A stretch of 63,305 nt of DNA, counting the filler, from Pseudomonadota bacterium (GTDB lineage: Bacteria > Desulfobacterota > Desulfobacteria > Desulfobacterales > JBDRRP01), in the NCBI GenBank assembly GCA_043825735.1. It is 4 parts of 4 records of this genome, joined end to end, with 100 filler letters (N's around TTAATTAATTAA, not from the genome) between each part and the next. Parts side by side here need not be neighbours in the genome. Positions count along the whole stretch, not along the records: positions 57,680 to 60,319 come from JBDRRP010000098.1; positions 60,420 to 63,305 come from JBDRRP010000111.1; 2 more parts are not named here. One strand, given 5' to 3'. Shown one piece after another: positions 59,274-63,305 of the stretch. Numbering within the stretch: position 1 is the first letter of the stretch; each line of letters opens with the position of its first letter. The translations under genes were made by a program, and so were the position numbers. A model generated the notes under the pieces. It was not told the DNA's origin and did no database searches. It saw only the letters and a list, made by a program, of their open reading frames with translations.

Positions 59274-60319
59274 ATGTCAAAGCACTTCATCGACCTGTGG
59301 AAGCACCCCAAGCACGGGACGTACTACGCCCTTTGGCGAGAGGGCGGAAAACCCGTAAGAAAGGCGCTCTGCCCAAAAGGTACCAAAAGGGCCACAAAGC
59401 ATAAGCCTACGGCGGAAAGGCTGATACTGCACTTCCGCCGTGAGTTTATGGCCGGCCGGATCGAGACCCCGCTGCAAAAAAAGGCCACCCCGCAGCAGAA
59501 AAAGGCCGCCCCGCAGACAAAAACCCTGGCCGCTTTCACGACAGAATTCATCAAGTTCAAAGAGGGCCGGCGCGTTGCGCCGTCCACCGTTCGGCTCTAC
59601 CGGGACGCCCTGAATTACGCCAAAAGAATCTTTATCGCCATAGACATGGGTGACATCACCCCCAAGTCCATAGAGTCGTTTCAGACGGATCTGGGGCGCA
59701 CTGATCTTGCCACCGCCACAGTCAACAAACTCTACCGGCACTTCAAGGCCGCGGTGAAGCAATCCATCGTTTGGGGCTATACCCCTCCAATTGTAAAGTT
59801 CCCCACCATGCTCAATGAAGCCGACAAAATCCGCTACTTTGAAAAGGACGAGTTGGGCCGGCTTTTTATGGCGATCACAGACCAGGAATTTCTCGATCTT
59901 TGCGACCTGGCCGTGAACACCGGCCTGCGAAACGGCGAGTGCCTACGGCTCACCGTGGCCGACATAGACAGACCGGAAGGGTATTTGCATATTTCTGAGC
60001 AGCAAAAAAACCGGAAAGGCTCAACCATCCCCATCAACACCCGGGCCCGCCAAGTCCTAAACCGCAGACTGGAAGCCATGGGGATCCGTTCGGCGCTCGC
60101 CGCCAAGGAAAAAGAGAACGCCGAGCTGCATATTTTTAAATGGCAACGCGAATCATCGGTGAGTAACAAATTCAAGGCCGCCGTGCGGAAAGCAAAGCTC
60201 AGCGAGGCGTTTCGCTTTCACGACCTGCGCCACACGTTCGCATCCTGGCACATCATGAGCGGCACCGGCCCCAAGGCCGTCCAGGAGCTTATGCGGCACA
60301 AATCGTTTAAGAGCACTGA
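59274..60319 (+). CDS. Tyrosine recombinase/phage integrase (C-terminus lost in the spacer)
   Basis: NTGLR, FHDLRHTFASW, ELMRH catalytic motifs; catalytic Tyr not visible. Confidence 0.93.
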
Positions 60320-60419
60320 NNNNNNNNNNNNNNNNNNNNNNNNNNNNNNNNNNNNNNNNNNNNTTAATTAATTAANNNNNNNNNNNNNNNNNNNNNNNNN
60401 NNNNNNNNNNNNNNNNNNN
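60320..60419. other. Artificial contig-joining spacer
   Basis: 44 N + TTAATTAATTAA + 44 N. Confidence 0.97.
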
Positions 60420-60522
60420 CAATACTGTCCTGAAGGTGTTTTTGATTTTCAGTGATCGTAGCTACATCTTTTGACAGTTCGATGATGTGTTCGATTATTC
60501 TTCTGACATCATCGCTTCCCAT
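60420..60522 (-). CDS. Start of a small phage coiled-coil protein (runs off the contig)
   Basis: AAGGAG RBS then MGSDDVRRIIEHIIELSKDVATITENQKHLQDSI. Confidence 0.55.
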
Positions 60523-60576
60523 AATTTCTCCTTTGATATGAATTTGATTAATCCAGGGTAACGGCCAGGGTCCTGG

Positions 60577-60681
60577 TTATGCGTATCGGTAGATATAGTA
60601 AAGTTTGATGTAGGGCGGCATGTGATCTGTATTGGTAGGTGCAACCAGAGTATGATCCGAGTGACCTGTTACATCACTGGA
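60577..60681 (-). pseudogene. 3'-terminal fragment of a tail-fibre/collar-like gene
   Basis: Manual translation ...TNTDHMPPYIKLYYIYRYA* resembles the (N/H)MPPY...YI.R terminus of tail-collar proteins; no start. Confidence 0.55.
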
Positions 60682-60960
60682 CAACACGAGGGGTTGTCAC
60701 GCAGACAATGGATTTGACTTCATCGTCGGAGGTTGCAGCAACGCCAGGAACTTCCAGCTCTTCCAGTTGGGTTCGGTGTCAAACACTTCGCTGTAGGTGA
60801 TGCGACCGGTGTCGCGACCTGCGAAGTCTTCTTTGTAGGCGGTAAAAGGAACAAGGATGGACTTGGTACGCAGATTTTCCATCAGCAATTGTTCGTAATA
60901 AGTGCGCTGCCCGGCAGGCAAGCCACTTGCGGTAAGTAAGCCAGTTTCTAGTTCAGCCAT
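60676..60960 (-). pseudogene. Major capsid protein gene relic (N-terminus plus an out-of-frame internal piece)
   Basis: Follows the scaffold gene with a GGAG RBS; QRTYYEQLLMENLR N-terminus; second frame LEVPGV...IVCVTTPRVV. Confidence 0.6.
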
Positions 60961-60986
60961 GATTATTTCTCCAAGTTAGGGATTGA

Positions 60987-61670
60987 TTAGTTTTCTTTGA
61001 TCCACTTGAAGTAACCGTCCCATGCTGCTTGCTTTTCTGGTGAGCCGTCAGGAATTGCTTGAATAGCCTTGATCCAGGCGTCTGCGGTGGCCGGTGTCTT
61101 GATCTGCTGTCCGGGAGGTGTGTTGTCAACGGGTGTAACACCTGCCAACAACTGTTTCTCTCGGGCAATCTTCTGACTGTCAGCATATTCAGCGATCTTG
61201 GATGCTGCCGTCAGAATTTCCGCTTCGTCCGTGGTGTTGGGCAGTAGGTCCGCCAGTGAGAGCAGGTCGGGACGCTTCATGTCTTTGATGACCTTGATGC
61301 GTGCTTCACTTACTCCGCCCAGGGCTACTTTCACCTGTGCTTCCGATAAAGCCTGCTGCAGGGTTGCTACCTGCGTGGAGAGGTCACTGACCTTTACACC
61401 GTATTCCGTTTCCTTCGTAGCGACTGAAGCAGTCAGAGTGCCGGCGACTTCCCGGCTTGACGTAGCCTGCTCCGTGAGGATGCGGTTCGCGATTGTGAGC
61501 TCTTCGATTTTTTGCATTGCGCCGTCGAGACGTAATTTCTCGACCCACTTTGCGGGATCAGGCGTGGTCGGTGTCTGATTGTTGGTGACCGTTCGATTTG
61601 CGGCGGCGGCATCAGCTGAAGCTTTTGCAGCTAATTCCGCAGGATCTAAGGTTCCGTCTGCGTTGGGCAT
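60987..61670 (-). CDS. Putative phage capsid scaffolding protein
   Basis: Low-complexity N-terminus, long coiled coil, position between portal and capsid gene; AAGGAG RBS. Confidence 0.65.
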   Translation of the reverse strand: MPNADGTLDPAELAAKASADAAAANRTVTNNQTPTTPDPAKWVEKLRLDGAMQKIEELTIANRILTEQATSSREVAGTLTASVATKETEYGVKVSDLSTQVATLQQALSEAQVKVALGGVSEARIKVIKDMKRPDLLSLADLLPNTTDEAEILTAASKIAEYADSQKIAREKQLLAGVTPVDNTPPGQQIKTPATADAWIKAIQAIPDGSPEKQAAWDGYFKWIKEN

Positions 61671-61682
61671 GTTTAGAACTCC

Positions 61683-62441
61683 TTATTTATTTCTGTATTC
61701 TTTATCTCTCCACTGAGCAACCTCTTTACCGTCAACCTGGTGGAAGGCGATCTGCTCGATCGAGAGTACATTTTTAGTTATTGTGGCGAGCGTGATACCG
61801 TGCTGCCAATCCATCGGACCTCGTGCGTAAGGCGCTTCGTAGTTACAAAGGCAAAAACCTTCCGCAGCCTGCTTGATGTTGTAGCGGGTCTTGACGTAAA
61901 CAAGACCGCCTCTATGTGTATGACCAGTGAGCGTGCTGACGGCGAATTTTTCTTTCTCCAGTTCAGTTCGGGCTGTATTTCCCGAGCCTGGCCTGACGGA
62001 TGTGCCGTGAGAAACGATCAGCATGTCTGCGAAATTAACTTCGTCTTCGACACCATTCTCGAACCCAAGTTCGCTCAAGTTCAAGAGGTGCGCCAGATTG
62101 AGGGCTTCCATGCCGGCGATCTCAGGATGTCGCCATAGGTAGCGCTTCCATCGTTCTTCGTGATTGCCTTGCAGAAAATGAAGGGTTGCGAAACCAACTG
62201 CATTCCGCCACTCACCCTGCCCTACCGTCCAGGCCTCGATTTCATCCTGCATGTTGAATTCTTTGGCGCGAATTGGATCTTTATCAAAACTGGATATGGT
62301 GTAGAAATCCAGGCCATCTGAACCAGTAACCAGGTCAGTGGGTTTGAAATCCTTGATGATCTGTAGTGCCAGGTTCCTGGCGTTCTCGTCCTGATAAGGA
62401 AAATGCTCATCAGTCGGGAAGGCGATCTTGATATCCGGCAA
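61683..62441 (-). CDS. Phage calcineurin-like metallophosphoesterase
   Basis: TDEH, SDGLD, GNHE, SHG, GHTH motifs. Confidence 0.88.
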   Translation of the reverse strand: MPDIKIAFPTDEHFPYQDENARNLALQIIKDFKPTDLVTGSDGLDFYTISSFDKDPIRAKEFNMQDEIEAWTVGQGEWRNAVGFATLHFLQGNHEERWKRYLWRHPEIAGMEALNLAHLLNLSELGFENGVEDEVNFADMLIVSHGTSVRPGSGNTARTELEKEKFAVSTLTGHTHRGGLVYVKTRYNIKQAAEGFCLCNYEAPYARGPMDWQHGITLATITKNVLSIEQIAFHQVDGKEVAQWRDKEYRNK

Positions 62442-62442
62442 G

Positions 62443-62538
62443 CTATTTGCCTTTCTTCTTCATCTCTTCGCGTTTCTTTAACATTTCGCGCAAAGCTTCG
62501 CTCTTACTTTGCTTTGCTGGTTTCTTTTTGTCTGCCAT
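62443..62538 (-). CDS. Small highly basic protein (31 aa, not in the ORF track)
   Basis: MADKKKPAKQSKSEALREMLKKREEMKKKGK*; ATG overlaps the portal TAA; AGGAG RBS; fills the intergenic gap exactly. Confidence 0.6.
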   Translation of the reverse strand: MADKKKPAKQSKSEALREMLKKREEMKKKGK

Positions 62539-63305
62539 TAATCGTCTCCTGTTTTGTCTTCCGGGTCTTCTTTGAAATTACCGTCTTTGACATCTTTAGC
62601 ATCGTTTCCGGCATCGGAAACTGGTGCTGAGACGGGAGGCTTGGGATCCAGTTGTTCTGAAAATTCCTTCAAGAAAGCCTGGATACGGGTGACCTCTGAA
62701 GGTCCACGTCCAAGAATTTCCTGCGCCGTCTCCAGGGAGATGGAAGGTACAGCCGTGCTCATCAGCTTGATGACTTCGTCTACAGCCGATTTCTGATCTC
62801 TAGGCAGGATGGCATTGAAACGAGGAGCGACCATGCCGGTCAACATGCCTTTGATAGCTTCGGTAGGAACGTCGGGGTATTGTCGTTGAGCCAGCATCAA
62901 GCCGGAAATGTAGACGGCACGCTGCAGGCCGGCTGCCATATAAGCACGAGAGCGCCGCATAGCCTTGAGAAGAGGCCAGAGCCTAATTTCAAGGGTCGCA
63001 CCCGAGCGCTGGCCGCCGCCATTATCTTCACCAAACGCAATAGGAGGCGCAAAGGAAGATGTTCTAGCCCAGTTGTAGATAAAATTAACATAGTCAAATA
63101 ATTCCTTTGGAACCGGGTTGGTGGTCTGTAACATGCCGACTTCCGGTTTCATATCCTTATTGACCTGGCGCCCAAGGTTCCACATGGCGTTGACGTCGAT
63201 CGGGAAGTTGGTGGCGTTGAATTCTTTCGGCAGGTTGATGCCCCAACGCACGGGATGTGTATTGACGTTCAGGGCGTCTGCGGCATCAGCCAAGCGCATA
63301 TTCAT
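62538..63305 (-). CDS. Phage portal protein, C-terminal part (SPP1 gp6-like), truncated by the window edge
   Basis: SGATLEIRLWPL, PRFNAILPRD, ISLETAQEILG, acidic tail. Confidence 0.8.
   Translation of the reverse strand: MNMRLADAADALNVNTHPVRWGINLPKEFNATNFPIDVNAMWNLGRQVNKDMKPEVGMLQTTNPVPKELFDYVNFIYNWARTSSFAPPIAFGEDNGGGQRSGATLEIRLWPLLKAMRRSRAYMAAGLQRAVYISGLMLAQRQYPDVPTEAIKGMLTGMVAPRFNAILPRDQKSAVDEVIKLMSTAVPSISLETAQEILGRGPSEVTRIQAFLKEFSEQLDPKPPVSAPVSDAGNDAKDVKDGNFKEDPEDKTGDD

Noticed and set aside
29605..60419. Three identical TTAATTAATTAA motifs in N-runs as a biological repeat, and gene neighbourhoods across them
   Set aside because: They are artificial six-frame-stop linkers. Adjacency across them (e.g. 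integrase next to phage head genes) carries no biological meaning, and the pieces may not come from one organism.

Overview
This window is not one continuous locus. It is four assembly pieces joined by identical 100-bp artificial spacers (44 N + TTAATTAATTAA + 44 N at 29605-29704, 57580-57679 and 60320-60419). Piece 1 (1-29604) is core chromosome of a probable sulfate-reducing deltaproteobacterium (Desulfobacterales-like; inferred from a dissimilatory-type sat, fhs and DUF362 Fe-S proteins). It holds pepA, an orphan cheD, bactofilin, an RNB exoribonuclease, ABC exporters, fhs, trmL, csp, sat, a CDF transporter and a MacAB-like system, plus two MITEs and several periodic inverted repeats. Piece 2 (29705-57579) is a mosaic genomic-island region. 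It has three AbiE (type IV TA) antitoxins whose toxins are all deleted or truncated, an MNT-HEPN TA pair, an AbiEi-like/Fic protein, several gene relics, a tRNA-Arg(ACG) 3'-half att site and a very AT-rich amidase/TPR operon. It also carries a ~9.6-kb module bracketed by two disrupted tRNA-Pro 3'-end repeats. That module holds the best candidate for an undescribed system: a sigma-54/GntR-controlled operon of a NitT/TauT ABC importer, a tandem nitrilase-fold amidohydrolase with a catalytically dead second domain, and allophanate hydrolase. None of the known allophanate-producing enzymes is present in it. Piece 3 (57680-60319) is an excisionase/LuxR/tyrosine integrase module. Piece 4 (60420-63305) is a phage head module in which the capsid gene is collapsed by apparent microhomology deletions onto the end of a tail-fibre-like gene. 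All family assignments come from motif recognition by eye; no database search was run.
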